Positions 1-16,217 of a stretch of 64,000 nt of DNA are shown piece by piece. Made by a program: the position numbers and the translations under genes. The stretch is from assembly GCA_963713975.1 (NCBI GenBank), contig OY970218.1:512001-576000 (forward strand), written 5' to 3'. The DNA comes from an uncultured Chloroflexia bacterium. GTDB taxonomy: Bacteria; Chloroflexota; Limnocylindria; Limnocylindrales; CSP1-4. Each line of letters opens with the position of its first letter. Positions within the stretch are counted from its first letter, which is position 1. The notes beneath the pieces were generated by a model. The model was not told where the DNA came from. It did no database searches and worked only from the letters and a program-made list of their open reading frames with translations.

Positions 1-632
1 GGGCCAAGGGCCAGCGCCGCATCCAGCGCCGCCGCCCAGGTTTCCACGGTCTGCCCGGGTGTGTCGTACAGCAGGTCGACTGAGATGGACCCGATCCCGG
101 CCGCCCGCGCCCCGGTCATGGCTTCGGCGACATCCGCCGGGCGGTGGCGGCGGCCCAGTCGTCGCAAGGAGGCCCCGTCCATCGCCTGGGCGCCGAGCGA
201 GAGGCGGTTCACGCCGGCCTCGACCATCGCCGCCATGTCGCCACGCTCGTCCGGACCCGGGTTGGCCTCGATCGTCACCTCGGCATCGGACGCCACCCCG
301 AAGCGGAGGCGGATGCGGTCCAGGATGGCCGCGATCGATCTCGCCGGCAGCAGCGTGGGCGTCCCACCGCCCAGGTACACGCTGCGCAGGGGCGGCCGGT
401 CCGGTCCGAACGTGGCATCGACCGCGGCGGCCCTGAGGGCGATCTCGGCGAGCAGGGCGTCAACGAAGGTCGCGACCCGTGCCGCCGGCCCGCGTGCCGC
501 CGCGCCCGCGTAGACCACGAAGTCGCAGTACGGGCAGAGGGAGATGCAGAAGGGCACGTGGGCGTAGAGCGCGACCGGCGGCCGGGCCGCGACGCCGGGA
601 CTCGGCCGGCCCGTCGGTGGGGACGTGCTCAG
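1..632 (-). CDS. hemW: Radical SAM heme chaperone HemW / HemN-like protein (runs off window edge)
   Basis: Manual minus-strand translation gives ALYAHVPFCISLCPYCDF (CxxxCxxC), SVYLGGGTPT, VTIEANP and NRLSLGAQ. Likely start is a CTG overlapping the upstream TGA (629-632); start uncertain. Confidence 0.85.
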   Translation of the reverse strand, partial: MSTSPPTGRPSPGVAARPPVALYAHVPFCISLCPYCDFVVYAGAAARGPAARVATFVDALLAEIALRAAAVDATFGPDRPPLRSVYLGGGTPTLLPARSIAAILDRIRLRFGVASDAEVTIEANPGPDERGDMAAMVEAGVNRLSLGAQAMDGASLRRLGRRHRPADVAEAMTGARAAGIGSISVDLLYDTPGQTVETWAAALDAALALG

Positions 633-1429
633 GGCTCCCTGCCGTCGCGCGGGCCCAGGACCTGCCAGCCGTCGGGTGTCCGGCGGCGGCGCTCGACCTC
701 CTCGACCTCGGTCCCCTTCTTCTTGGGGATGGCGGCATGCCCCGTGGTCAGGAAGATCGCGATCCGGGTGATCGAGTGGCCGAGGAAGGCCGCGCCGATC
801 CCGCCCGTGATGGCGGTGAGCCAGCCACCCGCGAGGCCCATCACCAGCGCCGTGACCAGCATGTACCACGGCCGGCCCGGTGCCCCCAGCCGCGTGGCAA
901 GCGCGTACAGCAACGCCTGGATCAGGTTGGCGAGGTTGGGGTCCATCCCCGTGGCGATCAGGAACCCGAACAGGATGCCGCGGAAGACCGCCTCGTCCAC
1001 GAACGCGGTGGCGATCGCGTTGAGGAACTTGGCCGGGTACGACGCGACGGGCGGGAAGCGCACGTAGCCGTAGCGGATGAGCGCGATGCCCACCGCGACC
1101 GTGACCCCGATGGCGCCGTAGGCCAGGCCCAGGATCACGGTGCCCAAGCGGTCGCCGAGGCTCAGGTACAGGTCCACCGCCGGGTTCGGGTGGACCTTCA
1201 TCACGACCAGGATCCCGCCGATGCCCAGCAGGTACCAGGCGAGCCGCCGCATCAGGGATGGCGGCCTGCCCCAGCGGTCGATGTCGTCGTATTCCGCGGC
1301 GTTGAAGCGCTCCGCGTCGAGCCGGAGGATGAACAGGAGCAGGGTCAGCCCCAGGACCATCAGGACGCGGAGGATGTCCGGGATGTCGTCGAGCATCCCC
1401 AGCACGTCCGGGATCGGCAGGTCCGGCAT
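629..1429 (-). CDS. CPBP (CAAX/Abi) family intramembrane glutamic endopeptidase
   Basis: Multi-TM protein with DEAVFRG and FLGH motifs resembling CPBP motifs. Confidence 0.7.
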   Translation of the reverse strand: MPDLPIPDVLGMLDDIPDILRVLMVLGLTLLLFILRLDAERFNAAEYDDIDRWGRPPSLMRRLAWYLLGIGGILVVMKVHPNPAVDLYLSLGDRLGTVILGLAYGAIGVTVAVGIALIRYGYVRFPPVASYPAKFLNAIATAFVDEAVFRGILFGFLIATGMDPNLANLIQALLYALATRLGAPGRPWYMLVTALVMGLAGGWLTAITGGIGAAFLGHSITRIAIFLTTGHAAIPKKKGTEVEEVERRRRTPDGWQVLGPRDGREP

Positions 1430-1460
1430 CAGGCGCGCGTCACCATGGCCTGATGGGCGA

Positions 1461-3272
<1,812 letters not shown>

Positions 3273-3368
3273 GAAGCGGGAGTGTAGCGGGTCGAATGCC
3301 GTGGGCACCCACGTGGGGATGACCCAACCATGCGCATGGACGGGTCCGCCGCGACCACACCGGCTACG

Positions 3369-4019
3369 ATGCCGCCGATGAACGATGTCCCGTTCCCCGA
3401 CCACCTCGTCGCTGGGTTCCTCCGCTTCCGTAACACGCGGTTCGCATCGGAGCTCGAGCGCTACCAGCGCCTGGAAGTTGAGGGCCAGCGTCCCGCCACC
3501 ATGGTCATCGCCTGCTCGGATTCGCGATCCGGCCCCGAGACCGTGTTCGACGTCGCGCCCGGCGAGGTCTTCGTGGTCCGGAATGTGGCCGCGCTCGTGC
3601 CCGTCTATGCCCCGGACACGGGGAGCCACGGCGCCTCGGCGGCCCTGGAGTACGCGGTGCTGGCCCTCGGCATCTCCTCCATCGTGGTCATGGGCCACGG
3701 GCGCTGCGGCGGCGTGGCCGCGGCCTTCGATGACGCGGCCCCGCTCACGGCGACCGACTTCATCGGCACGTGGGTGGCGGGCCTGCGCGACCTCGACGCC
3801 GGCATGGACGCTGCCGTCCACGCGGACCCTGCGCGCCGACGGCGCGAGCTCGAGCACCGCACCATCGAGCAGTCGCTGGTGAACCTGCGCACCTTCCCGT
3901 GGATCCGCTCGCGCGAGAACGCCGGGGCGCTGTCCATCGCCGGCTGCTGGTTCGACATCGGGCTGGGCGAGCTCTGGACCCTGGGCTCGGACGGCTGGAT
4001 CCAGGTCGTGGACCGCTGA
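3369..4019 (+). CDS. Beta-class carbonic anhydrase
   Basis: IACSDSR, VVRNVA and GHGRCGG zinc-ligand motifs; start could be 3330, 3369 or 3378. Confidence 0.92.
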   Translation: MPPMNDVPFPDHLVAGFLRFRNTRFASELERYQRLEVEGQRPATMVIACSDSRSGPETVFDVAPGEVFVVRNVAALVPVYAPDTGSHGASAALEYAVLALGISSIVVMGHGRCGGVAAAFDDAAPLTATDFIGTWVAGLRDLDAGMDAAVHADPARRRRELEHRTIEQSLVNLRTFPWIRSRENAGALSIAGCWFDIGLGELWTLGSDGWIQVVDR

Positions 4020-4067
4020 CCCGCGGCGCCCGTCGCGACCGAGCGTGCCCGGGTCTACGATGACTCC

Positions 4068-5723
4068 ATGAGCGCGGACGAGACCACAACCACTCCCATC
4101 GACCAGACTCCCGAGTGGCGGGTGCTGCTGGCGCACCAGGCCACGATGCGGGACCGCCACCTGCGCGAGATGTTCGCCGAGGATCCTGCGCGCGCCGGGC
4201 GCATGACCGCCGAGGGCGCGGGGCTGTTCCTCGACTACAGCAAGCACCGGGTGACCGACGAGACCATGAGCCTCCTGCTGGCCCTGGCCGGCGCGGCGCA
4301 TGTGGGGCAGCGCCGGGACGCGATGTTCGCGGGCGAGCGGATCAACGTGACCGAGGACCGCGCCGTCCTGCACACCGCCCTGCGCACACCGGCGGACCGG
4401 CACGTGGTCGTCGATGGCCACGACGTGGTCCCGGACATCCACGAGGTCCTGGACCGCATGGCGGCGTTTGCCCGGCGGGTCCGCCTCGGCGAATGGAAGG
4501 GCTTCACCGGCAAGCAGATCCGCAGCGTCGTCAACATCGGCATCGGCGGCTCGGACCTGGGGCCGGCCATGGCCACCGAGGCGTTGGGCAACTACACGGA
4601 CCGGTCCATGCGATTCCGGTTCGTATCCAACATCGACGGCACGGACATCCGCGACGCGACCCTGGACCTGGACCCGGCTGAGACCCTGTTTGTCGTCGCG
4701 AGCAAGACCTTCACCACGCTGGAGACACTGACCAACGCGCGCACGGCTCGCGACTGGCTCCTCGCGGGCCTCTCCGACGAGGCCGCGGTTGCCCGCCACT
4801 TCGTCGCCGTGAGCACCAACGCCCCCAAGGTTGCCGAGTTCGGCATCGACACCGCCAACATGTTCGGCTTCTGGGACTGGGTCGGCGGCCGGTACTCCAT
4901 GGACTCGGCGATCGGCCTGTCGCTGATGCTGGCCATCGGACCGGACGACTTCCGCGAGCTGCTCACCGGCTTCCGGGAGATGGACGCGCACTTCCTGGAC
5001 GCGCCGATGGAGCGGAACCTGCCGGTGCTGATGGCCCTCCTGGGCGTCTGGTACCGGAACGGGTTCGGGTTCGAGACCCACGCGGTGCTGCCTTACAGCC
5101 AGGAGCTGGCGCGCTTCCCGGCCTACCTCCAGCAGCTGGACATGGAGTCGAACGGCAAGTCGGTCCGCCTCGACGGCACCCGGGTGACCTGCGACACGGG
5201 GCCCATCGTCTGGGGAACGGCCGGCACCAACGGCCAGCACGCCTACTACCAGCTCCTCCACCAGGGGACGACCATCGTCCCCGCGGACCTGATCGGCTTC
5301 GTCAACCCCACCACCGAGATCGGCGACCACCACGACCTGCTCAACGCCAACCTGTTCGCCCAGGCCGAGGCGCTGGCGTTCGGCAAGACGCACGACGAGG
5401 TGATCGCCGACGGCGTTCCCGCGCACCAGGTAGCGGCTCGCGTGTTCGAGGGCAACCGGCCGTCGTCCGTGCTCCTGGCGGACCGGCTCACGCCGCGCGC
5501 GCTGGGGTCGCTCGTCGCCCTCTACGAGCACAAAGTGTTCGTGCAGGGCGTGATCTGGGGGATCGACTCGTTCGACCAGTGGGGCGTGGAGCTGGGCAAG
5601 GTCCTCGCGACGCGCATCGCGGGCGAGCTGCGGGATGAGGCGTCCGGCCCCGGCAATGCCCATGACTCGTCCACGTCGGCGCTCATCCGGCGGTACCGCG
5701 CGAGGCGGATGCGACCAGGCTGA
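4068..5723 (+). CDS. pgi: Glucose-6-phosphate isomerase
   Basis: [39 protein letters not shown]. Confidence 0.98.
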   Translation: MSADETTTTPIDQTPEWRVLLAHQATMRDRHLREMFAEDPARAGRMTAEGAGLFLDYSKHRVTDETMSLLLALAGAAHVGQRRDAMFAGERINVTEDRAVLHTALRTPADRHVVVDGHDVVPDIHEVLDRMAAFARRVRLGEWKGFTGKQIRSVVNIGIGGSDLGPAMATEALGNYTDRSMRFRFVSNIDGTDIRDATLDLDPAETLFVVASKTFTTLETLTNARTARDWLLAGLSDEAAVARHFVAVSTNAPKVAEFGIDTANMFGFWDWVGGRYSMDSAIGLSLMLAIGPDDFRELLTGFREMDAHFLDAPMERNLPVLMALLGVWYRNGFGFETHAVLPYSQELARFPAYLQQLDMESNGKSVRLDGTRVTCDTGPIVWGTAGTNGQHAYYQLLHQGTTIVPADLIGFVNPTTEIGDHHDLLNANLFAQAEALAFGKTHDEVIADGVPAHQVAARVFEGNRPSSVLLADRLTPRALGSLVALYEHKVFVQGVIWGIDSFDQWGVELGKVLATRIAGELRDEASGPGNAHDSSTSALIRRYRARRMRPG

Positions 5724-5866
5724 GTGGCGCGGGCCAGTGGCTGGCCCGAATCGTGGCTGGCCCAAATCGTGGCGGCTCTGCTACCATTCGCCGTCGCGCC
5801 TCGGGCAGGCTTCGCCCGCGCGCGTCGTGATTCACCCGCACACACACGGAACGGAGATCAGCCACC

Positions 5867-6568
5867 TTGGCTAGAACGCCCCGGAAATGGCAGGGCGCTC
5901 GCAACCCGTCCGGGCTGAAGCGCGTCCGCCAGGCTGAGCGCCGGCACGCGATCCTGCAGCCCCGGCGGTCCGCGGCGAAGACCCTCGTTGCCAAGGCCGT
6001 CACGGTCGCCACCGCCCAGCCCGAGAGCGCGGACGTCGCGACCTCGCTGAGCGAGGCCATCTCGGCCCTCGACCGCGCCGCGAAGGCCGGCGCGATCCAC
6101 CCGAACGCGGCTGCACGCCGCAAGAGCCGGCTCATGCTGAAGGTCAACGCGGCAACCGCCGGCACGACCGTCGTCAGCGCCGGCCACGTCGCCAAGTCCA
6201 CCGGCCGGGCCGCCGCGGCCAAGGCCGCCAAGGCCCGCATCGCCGCCGGCAAGGCCGTCAAGGCCAAGGGCGCCCAGACGGCTGCAGGCAAGGCCCGCGC
6301 TGCACTGAGCAAGACGACGCGCGCCGAGGCCACCCCGGCCGCCGCGCCGGTCGCTGAGGCCCCGGCCCCGAAGACCACCCGGTCGAAGGCTGCGCCAAAG
6401 GCCGCCGCCAAGGCCGCACCCAAGGCCACGACCAAGGCTGCCGCCGCGAAGACGGCGACCAAGGCATCGACCACGAAGGCTGCACCGAAGGCCGCCGCCA
6501 AGACGACGACCGCCAAGGCGGCCGCGAAGGCCGCACCCAAGGCGACCAAGGCCGACAAGGACGCGTAG
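5867..6568 (+). CDS. rpsT: 30S ribosomal protein S20 with long Lys/Ala/Pro-rich C-terminal tail
   Basis: SGLKRVRQAERR...LDRAAKAGAIHPNAAARRKSRL S20 core; TTG start with upstream ACGGAG; ~140-aa AKPT-rich extension. Confidence 0.92.
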   Translation: MARTPRKWQGARNPSGLKRVRQAERRHAILQPRRSAAKTLVAKAVTVATAQPESADVATSLSEAISALDRAAKAGAIHPNAAARRKSRLMLKVNAATAGTTVVSAGHVAKSTGRAAAAKAAKARIAAGKAVKAKGAQTAAGKARAALSKTTRAEATPAAAPVAEAPAPKTTRSKAAPKAAAKAAPKATTKAAAAKTATKASTTKAAPKAAAKTTTAKAAAKAAPKATKADKDA

Positions 6569-6592
6569 TCCGCCGTTCCGGCATATCACCAG

Positions 6593-6622
6593 GACGCCCC
6601 GGTCATCGACCGGGGCGTTTTC
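6593..6622. terminator. Intrinsic terminator after rpsT (possibly bidirectional)
   Basis: ACGCCCCGGTC-ATC-GACCGGGGCGT stem followed by TTT. Confidence 0.8.
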
Positions 6623-6656
6623 GATTCGCGGGCAATCCGGACGTAACCGGGAGGAC

Positions 6657-7238
6657 TCAGGCCTGCGGGCCCGCCGCTGGCTCGGGGCCGGCAGCGTCGT
6701 CCGGCTTGCGTCGGTTCGTGAAGCCGAACATCACGCCGCCCAGGAGCGCCCCACCAGTCGACAGCACGAGCGTGAGGCCCGCGTTGCTGAGCTGCTGGCC
6801 CCAGTAGAACGAGGTGAACGTGGCCACGTCCGTGATGCCGGCCCCCTCGAACGCGTCGGCCTGGCCGGCAGCAAGGTAGCGCCGGTAGACACAATCTGCG
6901 CCGGTCGTGCAGGTGAGCGGGCCACCTGATGCGGCGTCCCGGTACCCGCCATCGACATTGAAGAACAGCGCCTTGACGCCGAGCAGGAGCACCGCGTACG
7001 TGATGCCCGTGACGAGCCCCGCGAACAGCGCATTGGCCAGGATCCGCTTCCACGGCCCGCCGGCCCGTTCGGACCGGGCGTTGGCGTAGTAGCCGATCAG
7101 CAGCCCCGCCGGCAGGGCGAGGTACCAGTAGACCGGCTCGATCGGGATCACGAGCAGGAAGGAGACCCCGATCGTGACGGCCATGCCGAGGCCGACCCAG
7201 GCTGCCATGATCGCGCCGGGGTCCACGATGCGTCTCAC
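6657..7238 (-). CDS. Membrane protein of unknown function (4 TM)
   Basis: Hydrophobic ORF from GTG 7238 (MRRIVDPGAIMAAW...), with a Cys pair in a loop (LTCTTGADC). Confidence 0.7.
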   Translation of the reverse strand: MRRIVDPGAIMAAWVGLGMAVTIGVSFLLVIPIEPVYWYLALPAGLLIGYYANARSERAGGPWKRILANALFAGLVTGITYAVLLLGVKALFFNVDGGYRDAASGGPLTCTTGADCVYRRYLAAGQADAFEGAGITDVATFTSFYWGQQLSNAGLTLVLSTGGALLGGVMFGFTNRRKPDDAAGPEPAAGPQA

Positions 7239-7296
7239 GGCGCGCCCTCCCCGCGGATGGCGCGCCGTGCCGGGCTGGGACGCAAGCCGTCCAGGA

Positions 7297-9824
<2,528 letters not shown>

Positions 9825-9857
9825 GTTCAGTTCCTCCGGGAGCCCGCGTGCTCCGGG

Positions 9858-11201
<1,344 letters not shown>

Positions 11202-11286
11202 GTGAATCTTAGCAAACGCCGAATTGGCCACTCCCTGCGGGCGGCCCGGTTGCCACGGGCCACAGGAACCCTCCCGGAACACCATT

Positions 11287-11317
11287 GAGCCCCCTCCGGC
11301 CGGGCCGGAGGGGGCTC
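11287..11317. terminator. Hairpin/terminator downstream of the DUF5679 gene
   Basis: Perfect 14-bp stem GAGCCCCCTCCGGC-CGG-GCCGGAGGGGGCTC. Confidence 0.7.
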
Positions 11318-11343
11318 CTGGTCATCGCGAACGATGGTGGCGG

Positions 11344-11484
11344 TCAGCCGCCGATGCGGAACACCTTGCCGCCGCACTTCGGGCAGGTGCCCTTCAGCGC
11401 CGGCTTGCCGTTCTTCATGGTGATCTGCTCGGGGTTCTGGACCTCGACCTTTTCCTTGTCCTTCACGCAATAGGCCTGAGCCAT
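11344..11484 (-). CDS. Small basic DUF5679-like protein (46 aa), absent from ORF track
   Basis: MAQAYCVKDKEKVEVQNPEQITMKNGKPALKGTCPKCGGKVFRIGG; strong GAGGAGGAG SD. Confidence 0.85.
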   Translation of the reverse strand: MAQAYCVKDKEKVEVQNPEQITMKNGKPALKGTCPKCGGKVFRIGG

Positions 11485-11559
11485 GGTCCGCTCCTCCTCA
11501 TGCAAGCCGCGTCATGTGGGGACGCCCCTCATGCCCGCGGGATCGCGTCGTGCTGGCGC

Positions 11560-12429
11560 TCATGACGGGGTCCAGAGCGACGGGCGCCATCGCGCCGCCC
11601 CGGCCATCGATTTCTGGCGGTCGAGCTGCGCGAGGATCCGGAGGCTCTCGAGCCCCGTATCGATCGCGGCGGCTTCCGCCCTGTCCTTGATATCGCCCTC
11701 GACGAACGCTCCGGTGCGGCGGTTCGCGTACACGGCGCACACGACGCCTGCACGGGAGCCACCGAGCCCGGCGAGAACGAGCACGGCCGAGGCTTCCATC
11801 TCGAAGTTCAGGATGCCCTGGCGTGTCATCTCGTCTGCGAGGTCAGGGTAGCGGATGGGAAGTTGCGGGATCGTGCGGCCCTGCGCACCGTAGAAGCCGG
11901 GCGCGGTGGCCGTGATCCCCAGGTGGTACGGGAGCTCGAGCCCCTCGGCAGCCTCCACCAGTGCGAGGACAGCCTCGTGATGTGCGACCGCCGGGTAGCC
12001 CTCGTGGACGAACCAGTTGGTCGTGGTCTCCAGGCGGACGGAGCCCGTCGAGATGACCAGGTCGCCGAGCTCCATGCCGGGCTGGAGAGCGCCGCAGGAG
12101 CCGATCCGGATGAAGGTGGGACGCTCGACCAGGGCCAGGATCTCGGCGATGACGATCTCGACGTTGTCCGTGCCGATGCCGGTGGACACGCACGAGACCC
12201 GCAATCCCTTGTAGGTCCCGGTCGCGCTCGCAAACTCGCGGTGCCGGTGGGTCCGCTCGACGGAGTCGAAGCGGGACGCGACCCGCTCGACGCGGTCCTG
12301 GTCGCCAGGGAGGAGGATGTAGTCGGCCAGCTCACCCGGGCCGAGCCCGATGTGGTACTGCCGCTCGCCGGCGGGGACCGCGACGCGTTTGTCCGCGTTC
12401 GGCAAGTGCTCGCTCCCAACTTGGCTCAC
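11560..12429 (-). CDS. udp: Uridine/nucleoside phosphorylase
   Basis: QYHI, LLPGDQDRV, HREF, STGIG, IRIGSCG, NFEME. Confidence 0.85.
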   Translation of the reverse strand: MSQVGSEHLPNADKRVAVPAGERQYHIGLGPGELADYILLPGDQDRVERVASRFDSVERTHRHREFASATGTYKGLRVSCVSTGIGTDNVEIVIAEILALVERPTFIRIGSCGALQPGMELGDLVISTGSVRLETTTNWFVHEGYPAVAHHEAVLALVEAAEGLELPYHLGITATAPGFYGAQGRTIPQLPIRYPDLADEMTRQGILNFEMEASAVLVLAGLGGSRAGVVCAVYANRRTGAFVEGDIKDRAEAAAIDTGLESLRILAQLDRQKSMAGAARWRPSLWTPS

Positions 12430-12575
12430 GCTCGATCGGCGTGAAGTTCGCCCGAGGATAGGGGGCCGATTCCGTGAGCGTCAAGCCGCTCCGTGTACGC
12501 ACGCCCCGTGCGTGGCCCCGTACGGACGCGTACGAGGCCACGCTCAGGCCCGGGGCGCCCGCCCGGAACGGGCCG

Positions 12576-15500
12576 TCATGCATCCGCCGAGGAGCCTGGC
12601 GGTGACCCCGTGATCGCGTCGATGCGGGCCTGGATCCTGTCCCGCAGCCGGCGTCGGGCGGTCACGTGGCGCCGGGCCGGCACCCCGAGCACGACGGCGC
12701 CGGCCACCGCAAGGATCGCCAGCACGACGAGGCCGCCCGGCAGCAGGTCCGGCCCGCTGCGTGAGACGGGAGCGGCATCGAGCTGTCCCGCATGGGGGCC
12801 AGCGCCCGTCCCGCCGGCCGCCGCGAGGGCGACGCCCGCGTCGTCCGACGGCGGCGCATCGCCGTACCCGCCAAGATCGCCCAGCAGGACGATCCCGGAT
12901 GGGTCGGTGACGACGAGCACGACCTCGTCACCCCCCTCCGGGACGCCCGTGGCGTTGAGGGCGTCGCCCGGCTGCAGGAGGTCGACAAGACCTGCGGCAT
13001 CGGCCTCGAGCATGATCCTGGCCGTCGCGGTGCCATCGTCCAGCCGAACCCCACCGGGCTCGACGGCCGTGACGAGACCCCCGACACGCACGATCGAGCC
13101 GAGGTGCGTCCCGAGATCCGCGAGGGCAACGTCGGTGCCGGTTGCGGAGGACTCCGCCGTGTCACCGGACGCAGTTCCACCCGTACCCTGGGCCGACGTT
13201 CCACCCGTGCCCTGGCCCGACGTGGCCGAGCCCGCCGGCGTGCCCGAGCCCGCCGGCGTCGCCGGACCCAGCGCGAGGTCGGACGCCACCCGGGGCACGA
13301 CCCCGAAACGCCGGTCCTTCGCGGTCGGATAGGGGCGCTTCACGATCCCGATCACCGTCGCCGACCGGCCCTCGACCACGGAGCCGACCTTCACGCCACC
13401 CCCGGCGAGGCCCTGCAACGGCACGCGGAGGCTGCCGGCGACCAGCTCCGCGGTCCACTTGTCACCTGACCGGTGGACCTCGGCGAGGGTCCCGCGCATG
13501 CGGACCAGCCCCCACTCGGTGGCGGCCCCGGGGGCAACCCGCAGATCGTGGACCACCGGTTCGCGCTTGCCGAGGACCCGGATGGCATCGACGCGGAGGC
13601 GCGGTGCTCCCCACGCCCGACCGACCACGCCGGTCACGCGGACCCTCGCCCCGGTGCGGATGCTGGCATCCGGCGCTCCAAGGTAGAGCTCGATGGCGGC
13701 GGTGCCGTCCTCGACGATGGTCCGCCGGCCGGTTGCATCCAGCAGCGAGCCATTCACGGTCACCGTCCCCTCGATCGTCACGTGCCTGCCTTCTCGGACG
13801 CGTGCGGCAGCGATGGTGAGGAGTGGAACGGTCGACGGTGATGCCGAAGGTCGGGGTGATGCCGATGCACCCGGGGTTGCCGACGGCCCCGGCTCCGTGA
13901 CGACGTCGGCGGGGTCCCGGATCCAGAGCCGGTACCCGTCGAGGGCGCCCTTCCGCGTGGCGCGCTGGCCGATGATCCCCGTGAGGGTGACGGTCCTGCC
14001 CTTGCCGAGCATGGCCCGGTCCAGGCCGGCCGAGGCGTCGGCCAGCACCCGCACGGTGGTGCCGTCCGAGCCCTTGATCGTGAGCGCGAGATCGCCGCTG
14101 GTGGCCTTCGTGGCCCCGACGGTGATGCTGCCGGTGAGCGTGGCAAGCCTTCCCTCGGTGGCCTCGCCGACGGCACCCGCCTGGAAGGCCGCCGGGGCCG
14201 GTGCGGCTGCGACCCCGATGACTGCCAGGCCGTCCGCGACGAGGCGCAGCTCCGTCTGGCCGTACGGGGCGGCGATCTTGCCCCGGACCTCGATGACCGT
14301 CCCGCGAGCCGGGGCCACCTGGCCCTCGGTGAGCTTGACGGGAAGGCCCGCGGTCGTGTCGCCGATCGCGAACAGGGGCGGGGTACCAAGCCGGCCGGCC
14401 TCCGCGATGACGATGCCCCGTGCGGTGACGGTCGATCCTTCAGGGGCAGCACGGGCCGCCTCGACCGACAGCGGGACGCTCGACGGCGACGGGCTGGTGG
14501 ACGGTGATGGGCTGGCGGACGGGCTCACCGACGGCGCGACGGTGGGTGACGGCACGGCGGTAGGTGACGGCGAGTCCGCGGGCGTGGGGGCCGGAGACAG
14601 GCTCGGGGCGGGGCTGGGAGTCGGGCTGGGAGGCACGATCGCCAGCTCTCCCGGAAGCGTCGCGTACAGCCGGTAGCCGGCCACTCCCGTACCGCTGCTG
14701 TCGCGCTGGCCGAGCGGGCCCGTAGCGGTCACGATCGCGCCGGTGACGGGGAGCAGGTCGCCCAAGGCGTCGGGCGCCACGATCACGCGGACTGGTCCGG
14801 AGCCGTCGTCGATCATCAGGCCCAGTCCATCGCCGAGGTCCGAGGGCGCCTCCGTGACCGTCCCGGTAAGCGAGACGCGGAGCCCTTCGACAGGCTCTGC
14901 CGCATCGACGGTGCGCACCGCCACGGGGGACGCGAGGGAGCCTTCGCCGTACGGCACGATGCCGGCTGCCGAGACCCGAAGGGTCCGCTGCGCGTACCGC
15001 GTGTCGAGCGTTCCGGCCAGGCGAACCCGCGTTCCGGCGGGCACCGGCGTGACGAGCGGCGAGTCGATGTAGACGGCGATGCCCGCGGTCCCGTCCTGCA
15101 CGAAGCCTGCGTGCCCGCTCTCGAGGACGCCGAGGGCGGTCGTCAGGGTGCCCTCGATCTCGGCGCTCGCGGCATCCGGCAGTGCTCGTACGGCCGAGAT
15201 CGGCTGGACCGGCCGGGGTGTCGGCTGCGGCGTGGGTGCAGGGCTCGGGGTCGGCGTGGGTGCAGGGGTCGGGGTCGGTGTGGCGGTCGGTGTGGCGGTC
15301 GGTGTCGGTGTCGGTGCGAGCGTTGGGGTCGGGGCCGGCGTTGGCGTGGGTGTCGGTGTCGGCATAGGGGTCGGGGTCGGGGTCGGGGTCGGGGCAACCG
15401 TGGGTGTCGGTGTCGGGGTCGGCGTGGGTGTAGGTGTCGGGACCGGCGCTGGCTCCCAGGAGAGCCCCTGGGCCGCCGGAGCCGCGTTCACGGCGAAGTC

Positions 15501-16085
15501 GAGGGCGTTGTCGTTGGTGTCGAGCCGGCCGCGCTCGATCGACTGGCCGGCCGCAGGCGCCGTAGCTGGCGTGCCCTCGACGAACCCGTTGGCCGCGTCG
15601 CCCCAGCCGACCGCGTCGATCGCGATACCACCCACGGGCCGCACCACGATCGCCCCACCGGTCGCGGCCAGGCCACCCGAGTAGGTGGCGTCCGCGGCGG
15701 CCGCGTAGATGCCAAGGGCATTCGCGAGCAGCACGTGACGGCCCGGCGCCACCGGGAGGGGCGTCGTCCAGGCGGTCTTGCGCGTCACCGTCGCTCCCGA
15801 GCTGGTGACGTAGGCGACCTCCAGCCCATTGAGGTCCAAGCCGGCCGGGCCGGCGTTGGCCAACTCGATGTACTCGTCCGAGGCAGACGCGCCACCCGTC
15901 ATGACCTCCGCGACGACGAGGCCGGCCGAGGGCGGCCAGCCGACAGCGGCCACGTTCGCCATCGACAGGGTCAGGGAATCCGGTGGCGATGGCCATGCGG
16001 TGGTGCCGAGCAGCAGGACGATGAGGAGGGCAGCAACTGCCACGGGCCGGACACGCGCCATCGAGGACCTCCGGGGGCGGGACAT
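12576..16085 (-). CDS. Large secreted, membrane-anchored protein: lamin-tail domain, PT linker, repeated OB-fold-like modules
   Basis: Signal peptide; LTD motif [21 protein letters not shown]; PT/PS linkers; repeated 'I..AR....G..V...G.V' modules; C-terminal TM and Arg-rich tail. Confidence 0.75.
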   Translation of the reverse strand: MSRPRRSSMARVRPVAVAALLIVLLLGTTAWPSPPDSLTLSMANVAAVGWPPSAGLVVAEVMTGGASASDEYIELANAGPAGLDLNGLEVAYVTSSGATVTRKTAWTTPLPVAPGRHVLLANALGIYAAAADATYSGGLAATGGAIVVRPVGGIAIDAVGWGDAANGFVEGTPATAPAAGQSIERGRLDTNDNALDFAVNAAPAAQGLSWEPAPVPTPTPTPTPTPTPTVAPTPTPTPTPMPTPTPTPTPAPTPTLAPTPTPTATPTATPTPTPAPTPTPSPAPTPQPTPRPVQPISAVRALPDAASAEIEGTLTTALGVLESGHAGFVQDGTAGIAVYIDSPLVTPVPAGTRVRLAGTLDTRYAQRTLRVSAAGIVPYGEGSLASPVAVRTVDAAEPVEGLRVSLTGTVTEAPSDLGDGLGLMIDDGSGPVRVIVAPDALGDLLPVTGAIVTATGPLGQRDSSGTGVAGYRLYATLPGELAIVPPSPTPSPAPSLSPAPTPADSPSPTAVPSPTVAPSVSPSASPSPSTSPSPSSVPLSVEAARAAPEGSTVTARGIVIAEAGRLGTPPLFAIGDTTAGLPVKLTEGQVAPARGTVIEVRGKIAAPYGQTELRLVADGLAVIGVAAAPAPAAFQAGAVGEATEGRLATLTGSITVGATKATSGDLALTIKGSDGTTVRVLADASAGLDRAMLGKGRTVTLTGIIGQRATRKGALDGYRLWIRDPADVVTEPGPSATPGASASPRPSASPSTVPLLTIAAARVREGRHVTIEGTVTVNGSLLDATGRRTIVEDGTAAIELYLGAPDASIRTGARVRVTGVVGRAWGAPRLRVDAIRVLGKREPVVHDLRVAPGAATEWGLVRMRGTLAEVHRSGDKWTAELVAGSLRVPLQGLAGGGVKVGSVVEGRSATVIGIVKRPYPTAKDRRFGVVPRVASDLALGPATPAGSGTPAGSATSGQGTGGTSAQGTGGTASGDTAESSATGTDVALADLGTHLGSIVRVGGLVTAVEPGGVRLDDGTATARIMLEADAAGLVDLLQPGDALNATGVPEGGDEVVLVVTDPSGIVLLGDLGGYGDAPPSDDAGVALAAAGGTGAGPHAGQLDAAPVSRSGPDLLPGGLVVLAILAVAGAVVLGVPARRHVTARRRLRDRIQARIDAITGSPPGSSADA
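15215..15445 (-). repeat. Coding (Pro-Thr)n low-complexity linker
   Basis: Degenerate GGTGTC/GGGGTC hexamer repeats encoding PTPTPT. Confidence 0.85.
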
Positions 16086-16217
16086 CGGTGGCGGGGGCGG
16101 GTGATGGGCAGGTTACGCACCCTCACTTATGCGCTGCTCAACTCCACAACGTCGGCGAGCCGGTACCATGCTCCGGCTGCGCCCGACTCGCGTGGTCCCT
16201 TTCGACAGGAGGAGCTC

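Noticed and set aside
3273-5765. 1434-aa LepA fusion in the ORF track
   Set aside because: The N-terminal part is antisense shadow of pgi and the carbonic anhydrase; LepA starts at 3272
15215-15445. Non-coding microsatellite or telomere-like repeat
   Set aside because: Degenerate at third codon positions and encodes a Pro-Thr linker
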